Shown: one piece after another, positions 29,153-39,340 of the stretch | How the letters are laid out: every line of letters begins with the position of its first letter | How positions within the stretch are numbered: position 1 is the first letter of the stretch | Origin: an uncultured Mycoplasmatota bacterium | Lineage (GTDB): Bacteria; Bacillota_I; Bacilli_A; RF39; UBA660 | Direction of reading: 5' to 3' | Assembly: GCA_947302655.1 (NCBI GenBank) | Contig: CAMYVW010000002.1 | Location: 233,537-297,536 of the forward strand | DNA: 64,000 bases | Translations under genes and position numbers: made by a program | The notes under the pieces: model-generated | What the model saw: the letters and a program-made list of their open reading frames with translations, nothing else | What the model was told of the DNA's origin: nothing | Databases searched by the model: none

Positions 29153-31177
29153 ATGAATAAAGTTGTTATAGTAGAATCACCTGCTAAAAGTAAAACTATT
29201 GAAAAATACTTAGGTAGTGATTTTACAGTAGTATCAAGTAAAGGTCATATTAGAGATTTAGCAACATCTGGTAAGTTTGGACTAGGCGTTGATATTGATA
29301 ATAACTTTGCTCCAAAATATATTATTATTAAGGGCAAAAACAAGGATGTTTCTGCCCTTAAAAAATTAACTGATAAAGCTGATATGGTCTATCTTGCAAC
29401 AGATCCAGACCGTGAAGGAGAAGCTATCAGTTGGCATTTATTTGATGAACTTAAAATACCAAATGATAAATATGAAAGAGTAGTCTTTAACGAAATTACG
29501 AAAAATGTTGTTAAAGAAGCTATTGATAATCCTAGAAAAATAGATATGGATTTAGTCCATAGTCAGGAAACAAGAAGAATTCTTGATAGAATTATTGGTT
29601 TTAGATTATCTAAATTAATGCAATCTAAAACAGGTGGTAAGTCTGCTGGTAGAGTTCAAAGTGTAGCTCTTAAAATAATTGTTGATAGAGAAAGAGAAAT
29701 TGAAGCATTTAATCCAGAAGAGTACTGGACTATTACTTCTAATTTTGGTTCTTTTGAAGCAACACTTGAAAAATATCATGGAAAAAATATTGAAATAAAA
29801 AATGAAGTTGAAGCTAATGAAATTTTAGATAAACTTTCTAATTCTTTTGAAATTGATTCTATTGATGAAACAGAAAAAAATAGAAAGAGTAAAGAAGTAT
29901 TCAGAACTTCAACTATGCAACAGGCTATATATAATAAATATGGTTTTGATTCATCTAAAACAATGCGTATAGCACAAAAGCTTTATGAAGGTATTGATTT
30001 AGGTGATGAAACTGTCGGTTTAATTACATACATGAGAACAGATTCAGTTAGAGTATCTCCAGAATTTGTTAAAGATACATTTGGCTATATTAAAGGTAAA
30101 TATGGCTCTGAATATGTAGGATCTGTTAAAACAGGTAAAAAGAATGAAAATATTCAAGATGCTCATGAAGGTATTAGACCTACATCTATTAATAGAAAAC
30201 CAGAAGATGTTAAAGAATATTTAACACCTGATGAATATAAAGTATATAAAATGATTTATTATAGAGCTTTAGCATCACTAATGGCTGATTCTAAATATTT
30301 ATCTACTACTGTAAATTTAGATAATAATGGATATTTATTTAAAGCTAGTGGATCTGTTACAACTTTTGATGGTTATTTAAAAGTTTATGGTGAATTTGAA
30401 GAAAAAGAAGATAATACTTTACCTGATTTTAAATCATATAAAAGTAAAACTTTAGTTTGTGATGAAATAAATAAAGAACAACACTTCACTAAAGCTCCTG
30501 CTAGATATACTGAAAGTACTTTAATTAAAGAACTAGAAGCACTTGGTATTGGTAGGCCTTCTACTTATGCAACTATTATGCAAACTATTAAAGCTAGAGG
30601 TTATGTATCACTGGTTGAAAAAAGATTTGTTCCTACTAAAATAGGTATAGAAACAAACGATAAACTTCAAGAATTCTTTAATTCAATAATAAATGTTGAA
30701 TATACCGCTAATATGGAAAAAGATTTAGATGAAATAGCAGAAGATAAAAAAGATTCTACTAAAGTTTTAAAAGATTTCTATGCTGGTTTTGAACCACTTT
30801 TAGATAAAGCATTTAATGAGATGGAGAAAAAACAAGCAGAGGAAACTGGAGAAATGTGTCCAAATTGTGGAAGCCCACTTGTTATAAGAAACGGTAGATT
30901 TGGAGAATTTGTAGCTTGCTCAAATTATCCAAAATGTAAATATATTAAACAAGAAGAAAGAGAAGTTAATGTGGTTTGTAAATGCCCTAAATGTTCTTCA
31001 GATATTGTTGAAAAAAGAACAAGAAGAGGGAAAATCTTTTATGGATGTTCAAACTATCCTAAATGTGATTTTGCTGTATGGAATAAACCCATTGATAGGA
31101 AATGCCCAGAGTGTGGAAATATCCTAACGGAGAAGGGTAAAAAAATTGCTTGTTCTTCATGCGATTATAGTGAATAA
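29153..31177 (+). CDS. topA: DNA topoisomerase I.
   Basis: The TOPRIM N-terminus VVIVESPAKSKTIEKYLG and the active-site region are present. The C-terminus carries several C4 zinc ribbons. Confidence 0.9.
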   Translation: MNKVVIVESPAKSKTIEKYLGSDFTVVSSKGHIRDLATSGKFGLGVDIDNNFAPKYIIIKGKNKDVSALKKLTDKADMVYLATDPDREGEAISWHLFDELKIPNDKYERVVFNEITKNVVKEAIDNPRKIDMDLVHSQETRRILDRIIGFRLSKLMQSKTGGKSAGRVQSVALKIIVDREREIEAFNPEEYWTITSNFGSFEATLEKYHGKNIEIKNEVEANEILDKLSNSFEIDSIDETEKNRKSKEVFRTSTMQQAIYNKYGFDSSKTMRIAQKLYEGIDLGDETVGLITYMRTDSVRVSPEFVKDTFGYIKGKYGSEYVGSVKTGKKNENIQDAHEGIRPTSINRKPEDVKEYLTPDEYKVYKMIYYRALASLMADSKYLSTTVNLDNNGYLFKASGSVTTFDGYLKVYGEFEEKEDNTLPDFKSYKSKTLVCDEINKEQHFTKAPARYTESTLIKELEALGIGRPSTYATIMQTIKARGYVSLVEKRFVPTKIGIETNDKLQEFFNSIINVEYTANMEKDLDEIAEDKKDSTKVLKDFYAGFEPLLDKAFNEMEKKQAEETGEMCPNCGSPLVIRNGRFGEFVACSNYPKCKYIKQEEREVNVVCKCPKCSSDIVEKRTRRGKIFYGCSNYPKCDFAVWNKPIDRKCPECGNILTEKGKKIACSSCDYSE

Positions 31178-31281
31178 AAAGTATCATTAATTGATACTTT
31201 TTTTATTTAAAACTGTTTTATTTATTAACAAAATGTTTTATAATAATCACACTTTTTCGTATTTAAGGAGGTGATATCTAT

Positions 31282-32268
31282 ATGGATAATCTTAATAAGT
31301 ATGTTGAAGAAATGAAGGAAGAAGTTCTTATCCGAAATCTTAAAACTGAACTTGAAATTATAAAATTTGTATATTTTGATTTGGGTAATAGATTTTCATT
31401 TGATCCAAAATTTATTCCTTTTGGTGATAGCAGATATAGACAAAATTTTTATAGATATCACGCAGGAAACATTTATGATTTAAATGAATGTATGGAAAAC
31501 GGGATTATTATTTGTAAGTCAGTTTCACATATACTTGAATATGTTTTATCAAAATTTGATATTGATATTAAAATATATGAAGATGTATCTGAAAAGAGAA
31601 AACACTGTCCTCATGTATGTAATCAAGTTACATTAAAAGATGGTAGAAAATTTGTTATTGATCTTCAAGAAGATATACGTAACATTAAACTAAATTTCTT
31701 TACATCAAATTTTGGCGTTAAATCGTTATATGGAACTGATTATGTTATTAGTAAAGATGAGCAAAGAAAAGTTGATGTTAAGCTTGGATATATATCTAAT
31801 AATAATGATTATACAGATGAATATATTAGTGTTTTAGAATCGCTTGTTAGTGGTGTTGATGATATATTTTTAAAACTTGATATTATCTTAAATAATATAG
31901 ATATTATTACTCCTACTAACTTAAGTTATACTGATAGACTGTGGTATCATAAAGATATCTTAGAGAAAATCTTTACTTATTTTGAATTTAATTATTCCGC
32001 TGTTTCACAGTCTGGTTCAGGTAAGATAAAAATTATTAATTGTCATTTAAATGTTGATCAGGATAAAGTATATGTATGTTTAATTCAAGTGTTTGATAAG
32101 GGTAAGGCCGTTTATTATATGTATGATGATGTTAGTTATAAGTATAATAAGATTTCACTTGAGGAACTTGCGGATTATTATCAGTATGGATTAGTAGTAC
32201 ATAATTCTCGAATACATGGATTACGAAAAGAATTAAAAGCAAGAAGAAATAAAGAAAAAAATAATTAA
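31282..32268 (+). CDS. Hypothetical protein.
   Basis: ORF with RBS AAGGAGGTGA. No family recognised. Confidence 0.45.
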   Translation: MDNLNKYVEEMKEEVLIRNLKTELEIIKFVYFDLGNRFSFDPKFIPFGDSRYRQNFYRYHAGNIYDLNECMENGIIICKSVSHILEYVLSKFDIDIKIYEDVSEKRKHCPHVCNQVTLKDGRKFVIDLQEDIRNIKLNFFTSNFGVKSLYGTDYVISKDEQRKVDVKLGYISNNNDYTDEYISVLESLVSGVDDIFLKLDIILNNIDIITPTNLSYTDRLWYHKDILEKIFTYFEFNYSAVSQSGSGKIKIINCHLNVDQDKVYVCLIQVFDKGKAVYYMYDDVSYKYNKISLEELADYYQYGLVVHNSRIHGLRKELKARRNKEKNN

Positions 32269-32374
32269 ATAATTATTTTTTACTTTATTTTTTTAATGTA
32301 AATATGTATATAAAAAAAACTTTTTTAATAATTACTTTTCATGCTATAATTTAAATATGAAAGTAGGATAGTAT

Positions 32375-34324
32375 ATGAAGAGAAAATTATTGTTTTTCGT
32401 TTCACTTAGTTTAGTTGTTGTTTTATCATATTTTACTGTTAAAGCTTTAACTTATAATCATGAAACTCTTGATATAATTGATATTCATAAAAACGGTGGA
32501 ACAGCTGCTACAACTCATGAGAAAGATGTAAGAGAAACAAATGTAACTGTTGAAAACTTAGGTTATACATCAAGTGGTTATTTAGGTAAAGTTACTTTAG
32601 ATGTAGAACCAGGATATTATGTATCTAGTTTTGAAGCAACGCATATGTCTGTAGATGGCCCGTTAATGCTTGGTTTTGAAGCTGGAGCTGAATCTGGAGG
32701 ATTCTTTAGAGATAATCCTTATAGAGCAGATAAAACTGAATATCAGTTTTTAATACCAGAAGGTGCTTCTGATGAAGATCCGGTTAATGTAACTTATAAT
32801 CTTACGCAAAAGAAACCTATTGATATAACTTATTTTAAATATACAAGTAATGATACTTCAGAAAATGCTTATGGTGACATAAGTAATTATGATTTAGATA
32901 ACGAACTTCCTTTAATTGATGCATATAGAGATGGTGATATCATTTTACCAGAAGATTGTATGGAAAAAGGATGTGCCGTAAAATTTAAATTTACTAATGA
33001 AGATGAGTATAATGAATATAAAAATCATAAAATAACTGAAGAACATACTCCATGGGTATGGGCTGATGGATTTATATTTACTGATCATGGTGATGAAAGA
33101 ACTTTAATTGCTAATGATCAAATGTGTGTTGAAAATGATAATGCTGATGGATACTATTGCTACTTAGTAGTTACAAAAGGTTTTGAAGAAGTTGGTAATG
33201 CACCATTTACTATTGGTTATACAAAAATGAATATTTTTGCTCCAAATACAGCTGGAATTAAAGTGTCTTTAGATATTGAAAACTTCTTTGATACTCTTAA
33301 TGATAAAGATCAAATAACATTTAGTAATAATAAAAAAGAGGCTAGTATTGAAGCTTTCTATGGAACTAGAACAATTACTTTAGAAAAACTTACTCCTAAA
33401 GCTTTAGTTAAAGATGGTAGTCAACATATGGGTTCACTTAAATCATTTGATGATATAACTGGTTCTGGTTATGGATATAATGTTTACTATAATAATATGA
33501 CTGGAAAAGGCTTTATAAATATTGATTCTTATTATCAAGATAAAATAGCAATAGAGTTTAATATTACTAATAATAATGAAGATATCTTTGGTGGTAAAGT
33601 TAAAATAAATCTTGATAGATTTGCATTTAATAACTGGGTTACTGAAGTTGATGCTCAAGGTAGAAACTGTGAAGAAGGCAATAATGGCAACAACTGTGCT
33701 AGTGGTAGATATTATTCAGTGCAGTATAGAGGTATTCCTAAGTTTATGTATATAACTGAAGAAGAACAAGAAAAACAGCAAACTACTGGACCTCAAACTG
33801 TTATTGATTGGTATTATGAAGATGATGCTTCACATGATGGGGAATTAATTCTTAGAAAGGTAGGACCTACAAATGATCCTGTCTATGAAAGAAACACAGA
33901 ATTTAATCCACATGCTATAGCGCTATTTTATGATGAAAATGATGAAATAGTATTAACTAAAGATTTTGATTTAAATAGTGAAGTATATTATGAAGGATTT
34001 GTTACTAGAGATAAATTTAATGAATTATATGAAGGCGCAGATGTAAAAGACGAAGATGGAAATCCAGTAACTGTTGATGAGGATTATGTTAGATTAGGTA
34101 TAAATAATATGCCTCTAATTAAAGATGTTACTTATTTCTTTAGAAATATAGAAGGAACTATAATGCATGAAATAGTTTTAATTAGTAAAGAAGAAGCTAG
34201 TGACATGCATATTAAAAAGATAGCGTTATTCTTAATTAATGGTGAACTAGATAATGGTAATATACCAGAACTTACATATGGACTTGGTGAAGGTAGAACA
34301 TTTGAAATAAGAGGTGAGAATTAA
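32375..34324 (+). CDS. Hypothetical secreted protein (signal peptide).
   Basis: N-terminal signal or anchor LLFFVSLSLVVVLSYFTVKA followed by a large acidic secreted domain. Confidence 0.5.
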   Translation: MKRKLLFFVSLSLVVVLSYFTVKALTYNHETLDIIDIHKNGGTAATTHEKDVRETNVTVENLGYTSSGYLGKVTLDVEPGYYVSSFEATHMSVDGPLMLGFEAGAESGGFFRDNPYRADKTEYQFLIPEGASDEDPVNVTYNLTQKKPIDITYFKYTSNDTSENAYGDISNYDLDNELPLIDAYRDGDIILPEDCMEKGCAVKFKFTNEDEYNEYKNHKITEEHTPWVWADGFIFTDHGDERTLIANDQMCVENDNADGYYCYLVVTKGFEEVGNAPFTIGYTKMNIFAPNTAGIKVSLDIENFFDTLNDKDQITFSNNKKEASIEAFYGTRTITLEKLTPKALVKDGSQHMGSLKSFDDITGSGYGYNVYYNNMTGKGFINIDSYYQDKIAIEFNITNNNEDIFGGKVKINLDRFAFNNWVTEVDAQGRNCEEGNNGNNCASGRYYSVQYRGIPKFMYITEEEQEKQQTTGPQTVIDWYYEDDASHDGELILRKVGPTNDPVYERNTEFNPHAIALFYDENDEIVLTKDFDLNSEVYYEGFVTRDKFNELYEGADVKDEDGNPVTVDEDYVRLGINNMPLIKDVTYFFRNIEGTIMHEIVLISKEEASDMHIKKIALFLINGELDNGNIPELTYGLGEGRTFEIRGEN

Positions 34325-34325
34325 T

Positions 34326-35555
34326 ATGAAAAAAATAAAATACTTACTTCTTACAGTATTATTTATTTTCCCAATAAAAGCATATGCTACTACTATTAAT
34401 ACTGATTTTGATGAAAGCACATGTACACTTAATGTATCTGGTAATTTTACAGGCGTTAGTGCTCATGATGTACAAGTATTACTTACGAAAAAACCTAATG
34501 AAACAAAAGGTTTAAAAAATACTGAATTAAATAATAATAGTTATTCTACAAGTTTTGTTTTAACATTTGATGAAGAAACAAAACTTGATGTAACTGTTGC
34601 AGATCAAAATGGATCAGGCGATACAACAAAAGAAGATGTTACTATTCCTGCTTGTGAACTTGCAGTTCAAGAGGGAAGAGTTACAACAATTGAAGATTTT
34701 GATCATCATGGACACTCTATTACAATTAAAGATACTACTATTGGTTTTGATGAACATGATAGATTAGATATTGATATGCTTGATATCGATGGAATTAATG
34801 CAATGTTACAATTATTTGAAGGTAGTGAAGAATACGATGGATTCTTAGCTATTAAAAATGGTATTATAGAACAATTAGGTGAATATAAAGTATTTGCTCA
34901 ATTTATGAATGTTTATTTAAGAAATTCACATTTAAATGATATTGATTATTCAAATTATACTAAAGGATTTATTTTAAGATTAAATATGCCTAAAGAAGTA
35001 TATAATCAATATCCTGGTTTAAAAGCAGCTTATTTTGATCAAGCAAATATTAAAATAGGTGATGTTATTGAAACATCTTATGATGAAGAAAATGAATTAT
35101 TTATATTAAATATTTCTAAACCTGGTCAATTTGTACTTTATATAGATAATGATTATGAATTTATCGATAATACTGCTAATCCTAAAATTACTTTAGGAGA
35201 ATCTAATAATTTAACTTTAAAAATTAATGCTGAATTATCTAAATTTAAAAAATTAACTATTGATGGTAAAGATATAAAAGATGTAGATAAAAAATCTGGA
35301 AGCACTATTCTAACTATATCAAAAGATTATTTAAACACTTTATCTGCAGGTAAACATGATGTTGTTGCATATTTTGCTGATGGATCAGCTAAAACAACAT
35401 TAACAGTTGCAGAAAAAGAAGAATCTGTTATTTCTAAGTTAGTTAATCCAAAAACAAGTGATCCTGTATATATTTATATTAGATTAGCTATCTTATCATT
35501 TGCAGGATTATCTACTGTAGTTGCAGTAAATAAATTTAAAAAGAAAAATAATTAA
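34326..35555 (+). CDS. Hypothetical cell-surface protein (signal peptide plus C-terminal TM anchor).
   Basis: Signal peptide LLLTVLFIFPIKAYA and a C-terminal hydrophobic anchor followed by KKKNN. Confidence 0.5.
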   Translation: MKKIKYLLLTVLFIFPIKAYATTINTDFDESTCTLNVSGNFTGVSAHDVQVLLTKKPNETKGLKNTELNNNSYSTSFVLTFDEETKLDVTVADQNGSGDTTKEDVTIPACELAVQEGRVTTIEDFDHHGHSITIKDTTIGFDEHDRLDIDMLDIDGINAMLQLFEGSEEYDGFLAIKNGIIEQLGEYKVFAQFMNVYLRNSHLNDIDYSNYTKGFILRLNMPKEVYNQYPGLKAAYFDQANIKIGDVIETSYDEENELFILNISKPGQFVLYIDNDYEFIDNTANPKITLGESNNLTLKINAELSKFKKLTIDGKDIKDVDKKSGSTILTISKDYLNTLSAGKHDVVAYFADGSAKTTLTVAEKEESVISKLVNPKTSDPVYIYIRLAILSFAGLSTVVAVNKFKKKNN

Positions 35556-35585
35556 AAAAAACACATCAAATGATGTGTTTTTTTG
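35555..35585. terminator. Bidirectional Rho-independent terminator.
   Basis: aaaaaaaACACATCAaaTGATGTGTttttttt is a perfect 8-bp stem with A-tracts and T-tracts on both sides. Confidence 0.65.
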
Positions 35586-35619
35586 TATATTTTTTAAGAT
35601 TGTTTGATATAATTAATAT

Positions 35620-35697
35620 GTAAGTGCTACCCATGTTGGGCAGTGCCTACTATGATTTCGGACACCGGCTCACTTAAGGGCTGGTGACTTTTTTTAT
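35620..35697 (+). ncRNA. Candidate antitoxin sRNA, convergent with and overlapping the 3' end of the small toxin ORF.
   Basis: Extended -10 TGaTATAAT at 35605-35613. The GC-rich body (GUGCUACCCAUGUUGGGCAGUGCC...) stands out in an AT-rich genome. The terminator CACCGGCucacuuaaggGCUGGUG plus UUUUUUU lies at 35664-35697. Confidence 0.45.
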
Positions 35698-35762
35698 ATT
35701 AATCTTAAGATAACAAGAATTAACATAATTATTATTACTAAAAAACAAAAGTCTTTGTTCAT
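35694..35762 (-). CDS. Candidate type I toxin: a 22-aa hydrophobic peptide MNKDFCFLVIIIMLILVILRLI.
   Basis: Perfect RBS AAGGAGG 6 nt upstream of the ATG on the minus strand. It forms a single TM-like helix. A sigma-A-like promoter (TTGAAA-16-TATAAT) sits about 100 nt upstream, with a GC-rich structured 5'UTR. An antisense sRNA is encoded opposite its 3' end. Confidence 0.45.
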   Translation of the reverse strand: MNKDFCFLVIIIMLILVILRLI

Positions 35763-35866
35763 AGCCTATGCCTCCTTTACTTAAAACCCCCTGGTTCTTC
35801 AGGACTACGAAATCCTAAGCAAAAAAGTTAAAGCAGGCACCACCAACGTAGGTAACACGGAAAGTT

Positions 35867-35894
35867 ATTATAGATATTTATTTATATATTTCAA
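35867..35894 (-). promoter_or_regulatory. Putative sigma-A promoter for the toxin mRNA.
   Basis: On the minus strand: TTGAAA (35894-35889), 16-nt spacer, TATAAT (35872-35867). Confidence 0.4.
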
Positions 35895-36046
35895 CATCTC
35901 TCCTAAAACATATTATTATTCGACAAATATTAATATAAAATCTTTACATTTTTATAGTGTAAATCTATGTAAAATTAGTTATTATTTATTGCCTTAAAAT
36001 AGGCACTTTGCTATAATAATTTTTGTGAAATTGGAGGAATAAAAAT

Positions 36047-38677
36047 ATGACTAAATATGTATACTTATTTAGTGAAGGTAATGCTGATATGAGAAACCTT
36101 CTTGGTGGTAAAGGTGCTAACCTTGCTGAAATGACTAATATTGGTCTTCCAGTACCTCAAGGTTTTACTATCACTACTGAAGCTTGTACTAAGTATTATG
36201 AAGATGGAAGAGAAATTAACTCTGAAATCCAAGAACAAATTAATGAATATATCGTTAAGATGGAAGAAATTACTGGAAAGAAATTTGGAGATGTAGAAAA
36301 TCCACTTTTAGTTTCAGTAAGATCTGGTGCTAGAGCATCAATGCCTGGTATGATGGATACTATTTTAAATTTAGGTTTAAATGAAGAAGTAGTAGAATCA
36401 ATTGCTAAACAATCTAATAATCCTAGATGGGCATGGGATTGTTATAGAAGATTTATTCAAATGTATTCTGACGTAGTTATGGAAGTTGGTAAGAAATACT
36501 TTGAAGAATTAATTGATAAAATGAAAGAAGCTAAGGGAGTTAAACAAGATGTTGAACTTTCTGCTGAAGATTTAAAAGAATTAGCTAATGAGTTTAAAGC
36601 TGAATATAAAGCTAAAATCGGTAGTGAGTTCCCAACTGATCCAAAAGAACAATTAATGGGAGCTATTAAAGCTGTATTTAGATCTTGGGATAACCCTAGA
36701 GCTAACGTATATAGAAGAGATAATGATATTCCATATTCATGGGGAACTGCTGTAAATGTTCAATCTATGGCATTCGGTAATATGGGAGATGACTGTGGTA
36801 CAGGTGTTGCCTTTACTCGTGACCCTGCAACAGGTGAAAAAGGTTTATTTGGTGAATTCTTAACTAATGCACAAGGTGAAGACGTTGTTGCTGGTGTTAG
36901 AACTCCAATGCATATAACTGAAATGGAAGAAAAATTCCCAGAAGCATTTAAACAATTTAAAGAAGTTTGTGAAACTCTAGAAAAACATTATAGAGATATG
37001 CAAGATATGGAATTTACTGTTGAACATGGTAAACTTTACATGCTTCAAACAAGAAATGGTAAAAGAACTGCTAAAGCAGCACTAAAAATTGCTTGTGATT
37101 TAGTAGATGAAGGAATGAGATCAGAAGAAGAAGCTGTAGCTATGATTGATCCTCGTAACCTTGATACATTACTACATCCACAATTTGATGCTACTGCACT
37201 TAAAAATGCATCAGTACTTGGTAAAGGTTTAGGAGCATCTCCTGGAGCTGCTTGTGGACAAATCGTATTTAGTGCTGAAGATGCTGTTAAATGGAAAGAA
37301 AATGGTAAAAAAGTCGTTTTAGTTAGACTTGAAACTTCACCAGAAGATATTACTGGTATGAAAGCTTCTCAAGGTATTTTGACTGTTCGTGGTGGTATGA
37401 CAAGTCATGCTGCAGTAGTTGCTCGTGGTATGGGTACTTGCTGTGTATCTGGTTGTGGAGATATCGCAATGGATGAAGCTAATAAACAATTTACTTTAGC
37501 TGGTAAAACATTCCATGAAGGTGATGAAATTTCTATTGATGGTACTACAGGTGTTATTTATGAAGGATTAGTTCCTACAGTTGATGCTACTATTTCAGGT
37601 GAATTTGGCAGAGTTATGGAATGGGCTGATAAATTCAGAACATTAAAGGTTAGAACTAATGCTGATACTCCAAGAGATGCTAAAAAAGCTCATGAACTTG
37701 GAGCACAAGGTATTGGTTTATGTAGAACAGAACATATGTTCTTCGAAGAAGATAGAATTGCTGCATTTAGAGAAATGATTTGTGCAGATACAGTTGAAGA
37801 AAGAGAAGCTGCACTTGATAAGATTTTACCTTATCAACAATCAGACTTTGAAAATATGTATGAAGCCCTTGAAGGTGATTCAATGGTAGTTAGATACTTA
37901 GACCCACCTCTACATGAATTCGTTCCAACTGAAGAAGCTGATATTAAAAAACTTGCTGATGCTCAAGGTAAATCAGTTGAAAGAATTAAAGAAATTATTG
38001 ATGCACTTCATGAATTTAACCCAATGATGGGTCATAGAGGATGTCGTTTAGCTGTTACTTATCCAGAAATAGCTAAGATGCAAACTAAAGCTGTTATTAG
38101 AGCTGCTATTAATGTTAATAAGAAACATCCAGAATGGAATATAACTCCAGAAATTATGATTCCTCTTGTTGGAGAAGTTAAAGAGTTAAAATATGTTAAA
38201 GATGTAGTTGTTGCTACAGCTGATGAAGAAATTAAAAATGCTGGAGTTGAAATGAAATACCAAGTTGGTACTATGATTGAAATTCCAAGAGCTGCTTTAA
38301 CTGCTGATGAAATTGCTAAAGAAGCTGAATTCTTCTCATTTGGTACTAACGACTTAACTCAAATGACATTTGGATTCTCAAGAGATGATGCTGGTAAATT
38401 CTTACCTGCTTACTATGAAAAGAAAATTTATGAAGAAGATCCATTTAAGACACTTGATCAAACTGGTGTTGGTCAATTAATTAAAATGGCTGCTGAAAAA
38501 GGAAGAAGCACTAGACCTGAACTTCATTTAGGAGTTTGTGGTGAAACTGGTGGAGATCCTAAATCAATTGAATTCTATAATGCTGTTGGACTAGATTATG
38601 TATCTTGCTCACCATTTAGAGTTCCAGTTGCTAGACTTGCTGCTGCACAAGCTGCAATTAAAGCAAAGAAGAACTAA
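36047..38677 (+). CDS. ppdK: Pyruvate, phosphate dikinase.
   Basis: 876 aa with the PEP-utilising enzyme mobile-domain motif GGMTSHAAVVARGMG and the nucleotide-binding N-terminus. Full-length PPDK. Confidence 0.9.
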   Translation: MTKYVYLFSEGNADMRNLLGGKGANLAEMTNIGLPVPQGFTITTEACTKYYEDGREINSEIQEQINEYIVKMEEITGKKFGDVENPLLVSVRSGARASMPGMMDTILNLGLNEEVVESIAKQSNNPRWAWDCYRRFIQMYSDVVMEVGKKYFEELIDKMKEAKGVKQDVELSAEDLKELANEFKAEYKAKIGSEFPTDPKEQLMGAIKAVFRSWDNPRANVYRRDNDIPYSWGTAVNVQSMAFGNMGDDCGTGVAFTRDPATGEKGLFGEFLTNAQGEDVVAGVRTPMHITEMEEKFPEAFKQFKEVCETLEKHYRDMQDMEFTVEHGKLYMLQTRNGKRTAKAALKIACDLVDEGMRSEEEAVAMIDPRNLDTLLHPQFDATALKNASVLGKGLGASPGAACGQIVFSAEDAVKWKENGKKVVLVRLETSPEDITGMKASQGILTVRGGMTSHAAVVARGMGTCCVSGCGDIAMDEANKQFTLAGKTFHEGDEISIDGTTGVIYEGLVPTVDATISGEFGRVMEWADKFRTLKVRTNADTPRDAKKAHELGAQGIGLCRTEHMFFEEDRIAAFREMICADTVEEREAALDKILPYQQSDFENMYEALEGDSMVVRYLDPPLHEFVPTEEADIKKLADAQGKSVERIKEIIDALHEFNPMMGHRGCRLAVTYPEIAKMQTKAVIRAAINVNKKHPEWNITPEIMIPLVGEVKELKYVKDVVVATADEEIKNAGVEMKYQVGTMIEIPRAALTADEIAKEAEFFSFGTNDLTQMTFGFSRDDAGKFLPAYYEKKIYEEDPFKTLDQTGVGQLIKMAAEKGRSTRPELHLGVCGETGGDPKSIEFYNAVGLDYVSCSPFRVPVARLAAAQAAIKAKKN

Positions 38678-38690
38678 TATAAATAATTAA

Positions 38691-38717
38691 AGACTAGGTA
38701 AAACTAGTCTTTTTTTA
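38691..38717 (+). terminator. ppdK terminator, followed directly by the extended -10 TGaTATAAT at 38718-38726.
   Basis: AGACTAGgtaaaaCTAGTCT plus T7. This hairpin-plus-promoter module recurs at each cassette junction. Confidence 0.7.
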
Positions 38718-38743
38718 TGATATAATTTATGTAGGTGATAATT

Positions 38744-39277
38744 ATGACAATTAATTATTCTGATCAAGAAGTTATAAAAAATCAGAAATCTATATTTTTA
38801 GCTGGCCCAACTCCAAGGGGTGAAAATGTTATATCTTGGAGAACTAAAGCTTGCAATATAATAGAACAACTAGGATTTGATGGAATAGTATATGTTCCAG
38901 AATATTCAACATGGAAACCCAAAGCAGATTATGTAGATCAAGCACAGTGGGAAAGAGACGCATTATCCAATGCTTCAGTAATAGCTTTCTGGATCCCAAG
39001 AACATTACCAGATATGCCAGCATTTACAACAAATGTAGAATTCGGTTATTGGTTACATACTGGTAAAGTATTATATGGAAGACCTGATGATGCTAAAAAG
39101 ATTAAATACCTTGATTGGTTATATAAAACTGATACAAATAAAACCCCATATTCAAGCTTAGAAGAATTATTATATGGTTCTATAAAATTAGCAAACCAAC
39201 TTGGTGTTAATGATGAAACAGAAATATTAACATTAGAAAAAAGATTGATTATGAGCAAAAGTAATCATAATAAATGA
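38744..39277 (+). CDS. Nucleoside 2-deoxyribosyltransferase-like protein (cassette 1).
   Basis: SIFLAGPTPRGE N-terminus plus ASVIAFWIPR...FTTNVEFGYWLHTGKVLYG resembles the Nuc_deoxyri_tr2 fold. RBS AGGTGATA and an ATG lie 17 nt after the -10. Confidence 0.5.
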   Translation: MTINYSDQEVIKNQKSIFLAGPTPRGENVISWRTKACNIIEQLGFDGIVYVPEYSTWKPKADYVDQAQWERDALSNASVIAFWIPRTLPDMPAFTTNVEFGYWLHTGKVLYGRPDDAKKIKYLDWLYKTDTNKTPYSSLEELLYGSIKLANQLGVNDETEILTLEKRLIMSKSNHNK

Positions 39278-39340
39278 CATGTCAAAAAAACAAGGCCTAG
39301 CCATGTAGAAATAGTATGTATTTTAGAAAGGAAATAAGAA

